Below, one piece after another: positions 13,561-33,571 of a stretch of 64,000 bases of DNA. Position 1 is the stretch's first letter, and the number at the start of each line of letters is the position of its first letter. The notes beneath the pieces were generated by a model that ran no database searches, was not told the origin of the DNA, and saw only the letters and a program-made list of their open reading frames with translations. Made by a program: the position numbers and the translations under genes. The DNA comes from the human T2T-CHM13v2.0 reference genome, Homo sapiens, in NCBI RefSeq assembly GCF_009914755.1, contig NC_060926.1. One strand, given 5' to 3'.

Positions 13561-13568
13561 TGACGTCA
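13561..13568. promoter_or_regulatory. Full palindromic CRE (TGACGTCA)
   Basis: Exact CREB/ATF consensus in the promoter CpG island. Confidence 0.75.
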
Positions 13569-14229
13569 TCGCACATGTTCTGGTCATGTCTGTGTGGGGG
13601 AGACCACGGATTCGGTGCTTTTCGTAAGGTGTAGAAATGATTGCTCTGAAAGATACGAATTTGTTGGCTACAACTGCTTCTAATACTTCACCTAAACCTA
13701 GATGTTGCACCAGAAGTCTGGATCTCCACGCAGACGTGTACACTTAGCATCACTTTCCCGACAGCTTCATCTTTGTGTCCAGTAGGCAACTCACAGGTGA
13801 CAAACCAAAAATAACCTCTTTTTCCTCCCGCCAACCCACTCCTCCCCTCTGCTTGCACCACCATCACCTGGTCACTAAACCCTAGGCATCGTCCTCTCTC
13901 CCCTCTTACCAAGTCCCAACCATTCTAACTTCAATATGTCTGAACTTCAACCCTCCCCTTTCCATCCCAACTGCGGTCGTTTTTTTTCAGGCCATCGCCC
14001 TTTCCAGCGTGGGCGATTCCTGCCTAGCATTTGTCCATGTGTGTCCCGTCCTACACGCCACACTGACCGTGAGCTTAATCACACTCTCAAAGGAATCTGA
14101 CTAAAGAGAACTAGACACATTTTAGCACGGACAGTTCCTGATTAGGCCTATACGGTGAGCTGATGGTTACTGTCATTAACTCATCCGAGGATGGTGAAGG
14201 GGACCATTTGTTACCTCAGCCCCATACTC

Positions 14230-14850
14230 CTGTCTCTGGTGGAATCATAAAATGGTTCGGCAGCTTTGAAAACATTTTGACAATTTCTTAAAATGCTAAA
14301 CAAAGCCAGCCTTCCATTCCTAGCTATTTACCCAAGAGGGAAAAAAGCATATGTTCTTACAAAGACTTGTACACAAATGTTCATAGCAGCTCTATTTGTA
14401 ATAGCCATAAACTGGAAACAATCCAAATGTCTATCAACAAGTGAATGGATAAACCAGTCGTGATTGATCCATACGAAGGAATAGTACTGAGCAATAAAAA
14501 AGTAAACTATTGATAAATGCAACAGCATGGATGAATCTCAAAATAATTCTGCCAAGTGAAAGAAGCCAGAACCGTATGATTCCATTTACATAACATTCTG
14601 GAAAATGCAAACTAATACATAGTGACAGAGAGTACATGGGCGGTTGCTAGCGGATAGGAGTGGGGTCAGAAAGAGGCAGAAAAGAGGGATTACAAAGAGA
14701 CACGAAGTTTAGGGGGATGATGGATAATATCTTGATTGTGATGATGGTTTCACAGATGTATACAATATCAAAACTTACCAGGTTGGACACTAAGTATGTG
14801 CGATTTATTTTATGTCCAATCATACTTCAATAAAGTTGTTTTTAAAAAAG
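14230..14850 (+). mobile_element. Old L1M 3' end
   Basis: TTCATAGCAGCTCTATTTGTAATAGCC, ATGGATGAATCTCAAAA, TACTTCAATAAAGTTG. Confidence 0.8.
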
Positions 14851-14984
14851 CACTGCCTGTTCATTGTGAAAAGTTAAACCCTCATTCTCACTTCCTCAGG
14901 GGAAAAGGTCTCAAAGGATTCACACCAACTATTAAATATAGTGTGAATCTTCTGAAACCTTTTCCTTTGGAAAATATACTTTTA

Positions 14985-15483
<499 letters not shown>

Positions 15484-15964
15484 TAAGATTGTTTCTAGTT
15501 TTTCCCTAGTAAATAATCCTGCAAATATAGGCACAGTTAAAAATTTTAAACTTAATACCAGTATCTTCCATATACATTGCACTATTGTGAACTCCTACCA
15601 ATAGTGTATACCAGCACTCTTATTCCCTAAATCCATGCTAAAAGTGAATTTTAGCAATATTTAAAATTTTTGCCAATCTAAGGGCATAAAATATTGTTTT
15701 TAACTTTAATTTCCCGGACTATTAGTCTGGATAAGCATCTTTTCATATATTTGTTGGTCATTTGAATTTCTTCTGTGACTTGCTTCTTCATAACCCTTGT
15801 TCATTTTCCATTTATCTCCCTCCTTCCCTTCCTTATTTCCTTTCTTCCTTCCATTTTAAAGGTGAAGGAGTTCCTTGAAAATGTGGAATTTTTTTAAGTC
15901 TCTTTCACCTTTTTTTGAGAATAAACTATAAGCATTTTTTTCAAGTAGGAGGATACTGGATCGC

Positions 15965-16270
15965 CAATTAGTCAACAGTATTTCTCAAATGCCTACTATA
16001 TGTCAGGCATTTTATAGGCTTCAGGAAAATGGCAGTGAGCAGAAAAAAATCTCCTACAATCTGATGAGAAGGACAATAGTATTAAACAATGGTTATAGAC
16101 AAAATTGTATTACTACAAATGTGCAAAATTCTGACTATAAGAAGAAAGTGCTGATCAGTGACTCTTCCCTGAACAGATGACAAATAAGCTGAGACCTGAA
16201 GGATGAGCTAGCAGAGAGAGGAAGAGTATCCAGAGTAAAAGAAACAGCATGTGCCAAAGAGCCTTCCCTG
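15965..16270. mobile_element. L2 fragment
   Basis: CAACAGTATTT..TGCCTACTATATGTCAGGCA; AAGCTGAGACCTGAAGGATGAG. Confidence 0.65.
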
Positions 16271-17324
16271 TTTCTGGGTGGAGGATTTAGGCCACAGCCA
16301 TTTCAGATCCTAAAGCTGCAGTTGTTCTAAAGCTGGCCATCAATGGCAGAGAGGCCTGGCAGGGTGTGGAGGAAGGTTTGACTTGGCACATGGCCTCTCA
16401 ATGTCGTACAGAGCTCATAGGTACTGACAGAGCCCTATCAACACATCAGTGCAGTTCCTCTGCACCGTGCATCTTGCTTCCACACATTTTTTAGGCTCTA
16501 TCTTTAGAGTAACGTGTACTCTCCATTTGTGTCCTGATACTGCTTTTGCATTGGACAGAGCACTCCTTAGTTGCGGCTGGGGCTCAAGTTCGTCCTTCCT
16601 ACATGGACCTCAGGAAGCAAGCTACAGATCCTCCCACCTGCTAAGACTCACACATCTGAGTGGGTGGGAAGAACTAAGTGAGCAGGCATTCTAGCTCTTT
16701 ACTCCTGCCAAACACAGCAAGTGTTTAACAGGATCACACTCCCCTGCCATATGTTCACATAGACGTTTGTTCACACACATTTTCAAAGGCTTTATGTGCA
16801 TTCTCCTCCTGATCTCTGAAAAATATAAATAGATGTGTATCCTTGAGAGGTACTTCAATGCCTATGCTTTAAATCCTCCCCTGAATTTGAAATGAAAAAC
16901 AGAAAGGACTGTTTTTCCTCCACCTTCCAGTTTTCCTTGCTCATTTCACTAAGATATCCAGTCTTAGGGAGCTTCCTGGCTCACAACTGTTCCCCATTTG
17001 CCAGGTAGATTGTTAAATGAAATGCTTTGGGCAAGAAAATCATAACCCAATTCCTGGCAAGACTTTTGGCTTTCTAAAGCCAAGATACACCTTGTTTTAT
17101 ACAACAGATGGACCCTGGAAATGTTAGATATAAATCAATGTTTGGAAACTGAACTCCCTCCCATGACTTATATAATAATTTTGGAGTGGATTTATCTTTA
17201 TGACTAAACTTCAGGACCAAGGGTCTCCCAACCCACAACTTACGACTTGAGATAAGGCGAAGACAGACCTTGAGTCACCTCCTGTCCATTTCCAACCATT
17301 CTCCACCAAACTTACAATAATCCT

Positions 17325-17772
17325 TGTGTTGATTTCCTAGGACTGCCATAACAAAATGCCACAAACTGGGTGGCTTAAAACAATAGAAATGTATTCTTTC
17401 AAAGTTCTGGAGACTAGAAGTCCAAAATCAAGGTGTCAGCAGGGTCATGCTCCCTCTGACACTCTGAATAGAATTCTTACTTGCCTCTTCCTACCTTCTA
17501 GTGATGGCTGTCAATCATCAGCATTCCTTGGCTTGCTGCTGCATCGCTCCAATCTGCTATGAACATATAACCCGATTATATGTTCTCCCCATATGTCTCA
17601 CTCCAGTCATATTGGATTAAGGGCCAATCCTAAATTCAGTATGACCTTATCCCAACTTACTGTTTACATCTGCGGTTATTATACCTTATTTTCAAATAAG
17701 GGTCATATTATGAGGTACTAGGGGTTAGGACTTCAACATAATCTTAACAGGTCACAATTCAATCTATTAACA
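17325..17772 (-). mobile_element. MLT1B/C MaLR solo LTR
   Basis: CTGCCATAACAAAATGCCACAAACTGGGTGGCTTAAAACAA..GGGGTTAGGACTTCAACAT. Confidence 0.85.
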
Positions 17773-17805
17773 ACCCTTATAGACACATATGGGTGCCTCA
17801 CCTTA

Positions 17806-18204
<399 letters not shown>

Positions 18205-18854
18205 CTATCCTCCATGATCAGGAAGGGAAAGTAGAGCTCTCAGGCTTGACCCTAGCTTGGAAGTGGCACCTTCCCCCCGGGAATCATAAAAATCACTGTG
18301 GCTGCCTCACATTGCCCTGTAGAGCACGATTTTTACCACTAAAGGTCCTCTCATGGAGGATTCACACACCTTTCCTTATTTCCCTGCAGCAGAGAAAAAG
18401 CCTGAAAAATCCAACTGGAATATTTAAACAATACTAAAGTCTCCAAAAACAGTATCAGAATTAGAAGAGTGGCATGTGACTTACACATTCAACATTATGG
18501 TAGAGTGGATGAAAAACCCACTACAAACACAGAATTTTGGTAAAATATAACCAGAATTATTTTATGTGCATGGATGATCTCTTTTTAAAAAGTAAGAGAA
18601 ATCAGGAATGTCTGCCAATAACAGGAACCCAGAACCTGTTTGCATAATTTTTTTGATGTGATAAAGCCTATAGTAAGTAAAATGCACAGATCTTAAGTGT
18701 AAAACATGATTAATTTTTACAAATGTGTGTAAAAGCGCTATGTAAATATTTAAAACGTGTTCTAAATCTAAACTGGCTCCTTCATGCCCATTCTCAGGCA
18801 GTACCCTCAAAAGATAACCATTATTCTGATTTCTACCTCTGTAGATTAGTGTTG

Positions 18855-19302
<448 letters not shown>

Positions 19303-19308
19303 CTAGGG

Positions 19309-19314
19309 AAAAAA

Positions 19315-19354
<40 letters not shown>

Positions 19355-19357
19355 TAT
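19309..19357. repeat. Poly(A) followed by (TA)n
   Basis: Seen directly. Confidence 0.9.
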
Positions 19358-20229
19358 CTGCCAACAAAGGGAGCCAACCAGAAAATGTTTGTTTTAGGCT
19401 GTAGCTCTGGTGAAAAAATAAAAATAGAGGTTTCCTTGAGAAACCACAATCATAAGGCTGCCCTCCTATAAGTCTAAATTTAGTCTACTTTCATGGTATT
19501 GGAAATCCCAAGCCTAGATATTAATTTAAACTGTTCTTAGGTTGATAACATCCTGGGGATCTGACGAAAGCAGTACAGACTCTTTTTGAATGAACATACT
19601 CCAAATCCAGACACTGTAGTATTTCTACAAATTATGGCCAACAAAAATTACCAAATATATGAGACAAACATTAATGGCCAGGAGTAAATTTTAAAAGCAT
19701 CACATTTATGTTTCAAAGCACTTCAGATACTAGAATTCTCAAATGTAGAGTATAAAATGTTATGCTTAAAATGTTCACAGAAATAAAAGAGAGACTTGGA
19801 AGAAACAAGAGACCATTAAAAAATGACCAAGTAAAAGAAAGAAAGAAAAAAAAAAAACAAACAAAAATTGACCAGGTAAAATTAAAAATAAAAGAATTTC
19901 TAGACATGAAAAATGTAGTAATTGAAATAAGAAACATAGTCACTAAATAAACCTCAAGGACTAAGTTAAGCAACAGATTACACATAAGAAAGAACAAGTA
20001 AATCAGAAGATAGATTTGAATTATCCAAAATAATAACGCCTGAAGATACAAAGACATGAATATATAAGAAAGAAGATGAGATACAGATGTTAGAATATGG
20101 ATATCAATTACATTAATTGAAGTTCCAGAAAGATTGACATGAGAAACTGGAAGAGACAAGATTTTGAAAAGATAATGGCTAAGAATTTCCCCAGATTTAT
20201 TAAGATGTTAATCTTGAAGATTCAGGAAG

Positions 20230-20547
20230 TAGTCATGCATCACTTAATGACGGGGATACATTCTGAGAAATGCATTGTTACGTGATTTCATCATTGTGCA
20301 AACATCATAGAGTGTACTTACGCAAATCTAGATGGTATAGCCTACTAGATACCTAGGCTATATAAACTATTGCTACTAAGCTAAAAACATATATGGCATG
20401 TTACTATACTGAATACTGTTGGCAGTTGTAACACAATGGTAAGTATTTGTGTATCTAAACATAGAAAAGATACAGGAACAATATATATGATATTATAATC
20501 TTGTGGAACCACTGTTGCCTGAAAGGTTGTCATACAATGCATAACTG
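20230..20547 (-). mobile_element. Tigger3a/MER7-type MITE
   Basis: AGTCATGC..GACGGGGATACATTCTGAGAAATGC..GGTAAGTATTTGTGTATCTAAAC. Confidence 0.8.
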
Positions 20548-20640
20548 TACATAAATCTTAGGCAGATTAAATACAAACAGCTACACGTTATAGTGGCAGT
20601 GCAGAACATCGAAGACACCAAGATTTTAAAAGCAACCAGA

Positions 20641-21032
<392 letters not shown>

Positions 21033-22435
21033 CTAAAAGAAAGTGAAAGAACGTCTTCAAATACTGAGGGGAAAAAAAATCCCCAAAGATCTAAAAATCA
21101 AAACAATTGAACTCATGGAGATCAAGAGCAGAAGGATGGTGACCAGAGGCTGGGAAAAGTAGTGAGGGGTTTGGGGAAGGTGGGGATGGTTAATGGGTAC
21201 AAAAAAAATTCTAAAGAATGAATAAGACCAAGTATTTGATAGCACAACAGGGTGACTACAGTCAGTAGTAATTTAATTGTACATTTAAAAACAACTAAGA
21301 GAGTATAATTGGATTGTTTCTAACACAAAGGATAAATGCTTGAGGGGATGGGTACGCCATTTTCCAGGACATGATTATTTTATATTGCATGTTGTATCAA
21401 TACATCTCTTGTGTCCCGTAATTATATATACCCTGTGTACCCACAAGAATTAAAAATTAAAACATTTTTAAAATCCTCAAAATAATAACTTATAGTCATG
21501 CCCTGCTAAATTATCACCCCTATGTGAAAGTAAAATAAAGACATCTTTAATGGGGACAAAAACCTAACGACAGACACAAAAAGCCCACAAACCAACAGAT
21601 CAACACTAAACAAAATTCTAAAGAATGTAGTTTAGAAAGAATAACCATGATCTCAGAAGAAAGGCCCTTACATATAAGAAGAAATCATGACAATTTAGTT
21701 AACTTGTGGTTAATCTTTAAAAAGCTGATTATATAAAACTCATCTAATTTGGGAAGTTCAAAAAGATGGAAGTAAAGCATTTTACCACAATCATATGAAA
21801 AAATAGATGAGAAGTCATTGAAGTTAAAATGATTCTGGACTCTAATTTTTTTTGAGAAAAGGTAAAGACATTGACTAATTTATATACTAAGTAAGTTTGT
21901 TAGAATTTTAAGGATAGCTGCTAAAATAAAAGCAGTACTTCCAAATGGTAGAGAAAAAATGGAATTAAGAATATTACTCAAAATAAGGTAGGACGGACAA
22001 TACAGAAAAGTGGAAGACACAAAAGACAATTACAGAATTAAATTAATTAAGTTAAATTAAAGATACATTTGTATTCATAATAAAATGAACTAAATTCTCC
22101 AGTAAAAAGAGAGATTTTCAAACTAGATTTTTTTTACATCTAGTTTTAAGCTATTTAAAAGAGACACACGTACAACATAGGATACAGCAAGACTGAAAGT
22201 AAAAAAGTAAGAAAGACATGAAAAATCATATTTACCAGACAAATATTAACCAAAATAAAGCTGTTATAACTATATTATTATCAGATAAAATAGAGTTTCA
22301 GGCAAAATAACTTTTTAGGGATAAAAAAGTTTATTACAAAATGATAAATTTTTCAATTTACCCAGATGCTAATCATGTAGTCTCAAAAAAAGTGAAGCAA
22401 AAGTGACAGAATTTCAAGGAGAAATATAAACCCAC

Positions 22436-22781
22436 TATATTAGTCTTCTCAGGCTGCCATAACAAAATACCAAACACTGAATGGCTTAAGCAACAAGAAT
22501 TTATTTTCTCATAATTCTGGAGGATAGAGGACCCAGACTTCTCCCTGTGACCACACATGGCCTCTTCTCCATGTACCCACAAAGGGAGAGAGAGAGAGAT
22601 CTGTGGGAATCTCGTCCTCCTTTTAGAAGGGCACCATCAGCTCTATCAGATTAGGGCTTCATCCTTATGATTTCATTTAACCTTAATTACCTCTCTAAAG
22701 GCCCTATGTGCAAATACAGTTACATTGGGGGTTAAGGCTTAAACATCTGAATTTCATGGGGACACAATTCAGTCCATAACA
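22436..22781 (-). mobile_element. MLT1A-like solo LTR
   Basis: Consensus termini; TSD CCCAC on both sides. Confidence 0.82.
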
Positions 22782-23100
22782 CCCACCATCATGAAGGGAA
22801 ATTTTAAGATTTTTCTTTCATTAATTAATTGCTTAAGAAGACAAACATTTGATAAAGACAGAGAAGACATGAAAACAAGATATGCTTGATTGAATTGTCA
22901 CATCCTGCCCACATCAAGTAAATAATAAGTTACCACATATGGAATATTTATAAAAATTGACTATGTATTAGAATATAAAGGAAGTGAAGAAATCACTCTA
23001 ATGCACATCACATTTCATGACCACATTTCAATTGGGTTAGAAATCAATGACAAAAAAGAAATCAAAACAAATATTTTGTAAATATAAGAACATATTTCCA

Positions 23101-23447
<347 letters not shown>

Positions 23448-23906
23448 TCAAAAGTTAAAGAAATCATAATGGAAATTGGGGAGGCTGGATTTCCACCACA
23501 TCTGGTAGTAACAAGACAACCATGGGGTGGTGTCAGAGAGGGCTAGTGGAGACCCAGAACTTTCACCATCACCCAGTGATAATGAGAGCACCCCTACCAC
23601 TGTGTCTTTTGAAAATGTGTAGAGAACTGGAGCTCCCACCTCTGCTCAGCATTAAGCAGGAAGCTCTCCTAGATCTCACTGGAACTAAGCAGGGAACTTG
23701 GACTTCTACGTCCGCCTAGAAGCAACAAGGTGGCTCCCCGACTTTTCCTCCAAAGCAGCATCAGAGAAAGCCAGCAGAAACTGAAGTTTGAGTGGAATGC
23801 AGAATCTCAGGGCATAATATGAAAGTCCAGATTTCAAATGAAAATCACTCATCATACCAAGAACCAGGAAGATTTCAAACTCAATGAAAATAGACAATCA
23901 ATAGAT

Positions 23907-24627
<721 letters not shown>

Positions 24628-24684
24628 AGATGACAAGACCTAGATGATAGAGATGTTAGAATTATCTAGTAAAGATGTTTAAAA

Positions 24685-25865
<1,181 letters not shown>

Positions 25866-26112
25866 CAAAGGTATAACAGCTACAATTTTTAAAAAATGCT
25901 TTAATAAGCGATTAAAAATATGCTTAAAACAAATGAAAAAAATGCAAAGTCTCAGCAATGAAAAGGAATATATAAAGAAGAACCAAATGAAAATTTTATA
26001 ATTGAAAAATACAATAACCAAAATAAAAAAGCTCAGTGGATGGGCTCAACAGTATATTGGAGAAGACAGAGGAGAAAATTAGTGAAGTAGAAGATAGAAC
26101 AATAGAAATTAC

Positions 26113-26447
26113 CGACCAGGCACGGTGGCTCCGCCTGTAATCCTAACACTTTGGGAGGCTAGGGTGGGTGGATCATTTGAGGTCAGGAGTTTGAGACTAG
26201 CCTGGCCAATATGATGAAACCTTGTCTCTACTAAAAATAAAAATAAAATATATATACCTGGGCATGGTGGCAGGTGCCTGTAATCTCAGCTACTTGGGAG
26301 GTTGAGTCAAGAGAATTACTTGAACCTGGGAGGCAGGGGCGGCAGGGGTTGCAGTGAGCCAAGATTATGCCACTGCACTTCAGCCTGAGTGACAGAGTGA
26401 GACTCCATCTCAAAAAAAAAAAAAAAAGAAAAAGAAAAAGAAAAAAG
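26113..26447 (+). mobile_element. Alu
   Basis: Alu consensus. Confidence 0.9.
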
Positions 26448-26805
26448 AAATCACCCAATCTGACCAACAGAAATAAAATGGACTGGAAAAACAAACAAAC
26501 AAACAAACAAAAAACAGAACAGAGCCTCAGCAACCTGTGGGACTATAACAAAAGATGTAACATTTATACAATCAGAAAACTGGAAGAAGAAAAGAAAGAG
26601 GGAGGGCTAAAAAAGTGCTTGAAAGCAGCAAGAGAAAAACAACACCTTACCTCTACAGAAGAAAACAGTTCAAGTGACAGTGGATTTCTCATCAGAAACC
26701 ATAAAGGATGGCAGGAAGAGATGCAATATTTTTCCAGTACTAGAAGAAAAGAACTGTCACCCTAGAATCCTGTATCCAGAGAAAATATTCTTCAAGAATG
26801 AAAAA

Positions 26806-27399
26806 TGTGGTGACTAATTTTAGGTGGCAACTCGACTAGGTTAGGGGATACCTAGATAGGTGATAAGGCATTATTTCTGGGTGTGTCTGTGAGGCTGTTT
26901 CTGGAAGACATTGACATATAAGTCAGTGCACTCAGTGGGGAAAATCTGTCCTCAATGTGGGCGAGCACCATCCAGTCGACTGGGGGCCTTGATAGAACAA
27001 AAAGGCAGAGGAAAGGTGAATTCACTCTTTCTGTCTCCTGGAGCTGGGACCCCTTTTTCTCCTGTCTTTGGACATAGAACTCTAGGGTCTCCAGTCTTTG
27101 GACTTCAGGGTTTGCACCAGTGGCTCCCTGGTTCTCAGGCCTTTGGCCTTGAACTGAGAGTTATACCATCAGCTTCCTTGGTTCTGAGGCTTTCAGATTT
27201 GGACTGAGTCATGCCACCAGCTTTCCTGGGTTTCCAGTTTGCAAATGGCCTATCATGGGACTTCTCAGACTCCATAATCACATGAGCCAATTTTCTTATA
27301 AATCTCTTCTCATCCATCTATGTATGTATTTATGTGTGTGTGTGTGTATCAGTCAATCAATTTACCTCCTATTGATTCCATTGCTATGGAGAACACTGA
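26806..27399 (+). mobile_element. MLT2 (ERVL) LTR
   Basis: GGCATTATTTCTGGGTGTGTCTGTGAGG..ATGGGACTTCTCAG..CATAATCACATGAGCCAA. Confidence 0.85.
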
Positions 27400-28974
27400 T
27401 GGGAAATCAAGACATTCTCAGATAAAAGTAAACTAAGAGAATGTGTCACCAGAAGACTACCCTAAAAGAATGGGTAGTCTCTAAACAGAAAGTTCTCTAA
27501 ACAGGAAAGAAATGATAAAAGAAGGAACCCAGTAACACTAGAAAGGAAGAAAGAACACAGTAGGTAAAAATACGGATAAATATTAATACCATAGGTTTTT
27601 ATTCTCCTTTCAAATTTTCTAAGATGCATTTGACAACTGAAGCAAAAATTTTAACACTGTCTACCTAATGTGGTTCTAAAAGTACATAAAGGAGATAGTT
27701 AAGATAATTATATTGTAAATGGAGAAGAAAAGGGGACTTAAAGGGATGTAAGGTTTCTATACATCATTCAAACTGGTAAAATGATGGCACTAGTAGATTG
27801 TAATAAATTTTGTATATATAATATAACACCTACAGCAACCACTAAAAAGCATATGCAAAGACATACACTCAAAAATGCCATAGACATTAACCATCAGGGA
27901 AATGCAATCAAAACCACAATGAGATCCACTTCACACACTAGGATTGTATAATAATTTTTAAAAAGACAGATAATACCAAGTGTTTGCAAGAACCTGGAGA
28001 AACGGGAACCTTCATACACTGCTTGCAAGAAGGTAAAATGTTGCAGTAATATTGCAAAACAGTTTGGCAGTTCCTCAAAAAGTTAAATATAGAGATACCA
28101 TATGATCCAGGAATTCCACATTAGGTATATACTGCCAAGAAATTTAAATGTATGCTCACACAAAAACTTGTACACAGATATTCATAGTTGTATTATTCAA
28201 AGTAGCCCAATAGTGTAAACAACACAAATATCCATCAACTGATGAATGGATAAATAAAATGTGGTATATCCATATAATGGAATATTACTCAACCATAAAA
28301 AGAAATGAAGTACGGGTTCAAGCTACAACACTGATGAAAAATTGAAAACATTACACTAAGTGAAAGAAACCAGACCCAAATGACACATATTATATGATTG
28401 CATTTATATGAATTATCTAGAATAGATACCACAGAGAGAGAAAGTAGACTGATGGTTTCCAGGGCCTAGGGGGAAGGCAGACTGGGTTGTAACTGCTAAG
28501 ATATGGGGTTTCTTTTGGGGGGTGGTGAAAATGTTCTGGAATTAAATAGTGGTAATGATTACACAACCTTGTGAAGACACTAAAAGTCATTAAATTGTAT
28601 GCTTTAAATGGGTGAATTGTACAGTATGTGGATTCTCTCTCAATAAATCTATTATAAAACCCTATAGAGATATCAAAATGGAATTCTAAAAAATGTTCAA
28701 GTTACACACAAGAAAAGAGGGAAAGAAAACAAAGAGGACAAATGGGAAACAAAATATAAAAGACATATTTAGTTCTAACATGTTGATAATTACATTAATT
28801 GTAAATGGCTTAAGTATAATAATAGAAGAAATTGGCAGAGTGGATTTAAAAACATGACCCAATTATATGCCATCTACAATACACTCACTTCAAATATAAT
28901 ATGAGAAGGTTGAAAGTAAGAGAATGGAAAAAAAAACTTTATCATGTAAACATTAATCAAAAGCATGAGTGGCT

Positions 28975-29300
<326 letters not shown>

Positions 29301-30697
29301 GTGGCCATATTAATATCAGATAAAGTAGACCTCAGAAGAAAGAAACTCACCAGAGACAGACATACACATCATGATAAGAGTGTCAGTGCACCAAGAAGAT
29401 ACACCAATCCTAAATGTGCATACACCAATAGTAGAACTGCAAAATATATGAAGTAAATTTGATAGAACTGAAATGAAGAAATATACAGATCCATAATTAC
29501 AGTTGGTCGCTTCAACACCCTTCTCTCAACGACTGATAGAACAACTAGACAGAAAATACACAAGGATATAGAACATCATCAACCAACAGGATCAAATTGA
29601 AATTTATAGGACCCTCCACCCAACAACGAAATACACATTCTTTTCAAGTGCCCACAGAACATCAAGATAGACTCTATCCTGGACCATGAAACAAACCTCC
29701 AGAAATTTAAAAGAATTGAAATCATACTGAGTATGTTATTCAACCACAGTGCAATTAAACTAGAAATCAATAACAGAAAAATCCCCCTTAAAACTTGGAA
29801 ACTAAACAATACACTTCTAAATAATCAATGAATCAAAGAGAAGCCCCTAGGGAAATTTTAAAAGACACATTGAACTGAATGAAAATAAAAATATAACATA
29901 TCAATGTTTGTGTGGTACAGCTAAAGCTGTGTTGAGAAGGGAATGTATAGTACTAAATTCATATATTAGGAAAAATTTCAGATCAGTAATCTAAGTTTAC
30001 ACCTCAAGAACATAAAAGTGAAGAGCAAAATAAACCCAAAACAAGCAGAAGGAAGGAGAGAAAAATAAGAGCAGAAATCAATAAAATTGAAAACAGAAAA
30101 GCAACAAAGAACATTAATGAAACAAAGAGCTGATTTTTTGAAAAGACAAAATTCACAAACCTCTAGAAAGACTGACAAAGAAAAAGAGAGAGGACATAAA
30201 TGATCAATATCAAGAATTAAATAAAATATCACTACAGATCCTGCAGACATGAAAGGAATACTAAAGGATGAAATGGACTAATTTTCCCCAAACACAAACT
30301 GACAACCATCCAATATGAAATATGTAATATAATAGATATTGATAATACAATAGATGATATTTAATTAATAAAATTGAATTTATAATTTTAAAACTCCCAA
30401 AAAGAAATCTTTAGGCCAAGATAGTTATTCCACCAATGTTTAAAGAAGAATTAACAACTGTTATCAAAATCTCTCCCAGAAAATAGAAAATCGAGCCTTT
30501 CCCAATTCCTTTTATGAAGTTAGTATTACCCTTATATCAAAACTAGATACAGAAAACAGTATAAAATAAGAAAACTACAGACTAAAGTCCCTTGTGACAT
30601 AGCCATAAAAATTAACAAAATATAGCAAATAGAATTCAGCAATATAGAAAAAGAGTTATAGATCATGATCAAGTAGAGTTTATTTCAGGGATACAAA

Positions 30698-30847
30698 GAT
30701 ATATCTATCTATCTATCTACATCTATCTATCTATCTATCTATCTATCTAGATAGATAATGGATATCTAGATAGATAGATATGGATATCTAGATAGATATC
30801 TCTAGATAGATAGAACTAGATAGATCTAGATAGATAGATAGACAGAT

Positions 30848-30891
<44 letters not shown>
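30698..30891. repeat. Compound (ATCT)n...(GATA)n tetranucleotide repeat with strand switch
   Basis: Seen directly. Confidence 0.95.
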
Positions 30892-30893
<2 letters not shown>

Positions 30894-31752
30894 GTCTATA
30901 TAGTCCCAAACTCCTGGCCTCAAGTGATCTTCCCACCTTGACCTCCCAAAGTGCTGGAATTACAAGTGTGAGCCACTGCACCCAGACTATTTTTAAAAAA
31001 TAAGTGTAAGCCACCTTATTCATGGACTAAAGGAGAAATATCTCATGACCATATCAACTGATGCTGAAAAAGCATTTGACAAAATTAAATACCTATTCAT
31101 AATAAAACAAAGCAAAAATCTCTCAGAAAAATAGAAACAGAGGGGAACTTTCTCAACTTGATAAAGATTGTCTACAAAAAACACAGCTAACATTAAACTT
31201 AATGGTGAAAGACTGAAAGTTTTCCCATAAGATTGGGATATCCACTTCCACCACTCAACATAGTGCTGGAAGATCTAACTACTGCAATAGGGTAAGAAAA
31301 GGAAATAAAAAAAATACCAACCAGAAAGAAAGAAATTAAACTTTTGTTGTTTGAAGACAATATGATTGTCTATGTAGAAATCCCCAGACATCTACCAAAA
31401 ACTCCTAGAACTAAAGATGAGTTCTGTAAGGTCGCAGAATAAAGATAAATTTACAAAAAAATAATTTTATATATCATTCTATATACTAGCAATGAATACA
31501 TGAGCACCAAAGTTTAAAATATATACCATTTACAATCACTCAAAAATGAAATACTTAGATCTAAATCTAACAAAACAGGTACAGGACTTGTATGCTAAAA
31601 ATCACACAACACTAATGAAAGAAATTAATGATCTAAATAAAATGGAGACACATACTATGTTAATAGACTGGAAAATGCAATGTAGTAAAGATGTCAATTC
31701 TCCCCACATTGGCATATATAGGTTTAACATAATTTCTACCAATAAAAGCTAG

Positions 31753-31754
<2 letters not shown>

Positions 31755-31787
<33 letters not shown>
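31755..31787. repeat. (TA)n microsatellite
   Basis: Seen directly. Confidence 0.95.
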
Positions 31788-31790
<3 letters not shown>

Positions 31791-32355
31791 TTTCTATACA
31801 CAAGCAATAGTTACAAAACGAAATTTATAAAACATTATTATTTGCAATAGCATGAGAAAATCAAATTCCTAAGAATACATTCAAAGAAAGATATACAAGA
31901 CTCCTTTACAGGCAACCACAAAACACTGATGACAGAAATCAAAGATCTAAAAACATGGAGAAATATACCACGTATTGGAAGACTCAATATTGTAAAGATA
32001 ACAATTCACCCCAAAAGTGATCTACAGATTTAATGCAATCCAGTTAAAATCACAGAAGTGCTTTTGGTAGTGAGTTTTGATAAGCTAATTCACAAATTTT
32101 ATGTGGAAATGCAAAATACTAAAGTCAGAAGATTCATGCTACCTGATATGAATGGTATTTTTAAATTCTGAAAACTAAAATTCAATAGTGTTGTGAAATT
32201 ATTATAGAGAACAATGGAACAGAATAGAGAATCGAGTAGCACAAAGATACATAAACACTGTCAGTTGATTTACAACAAATGCTACCACAATTTAGCGGAA
32301 GACGTGATATTCTTTCCATTAAGTTTTGTTAGGTCTATTTAGATATCCACAAGAA

Positions 32356-33571
<1,216 letters not shown>

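Larger units (their letters stand above)
12860..13625. promoter_or_regulatory. CHMP3: CpG island / CHMP3 promoter and first-exon region
   Basis: High GC and CpG density against an AT-rich background; surrounds the CHMP3 ATG. Confidence 0.9.
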
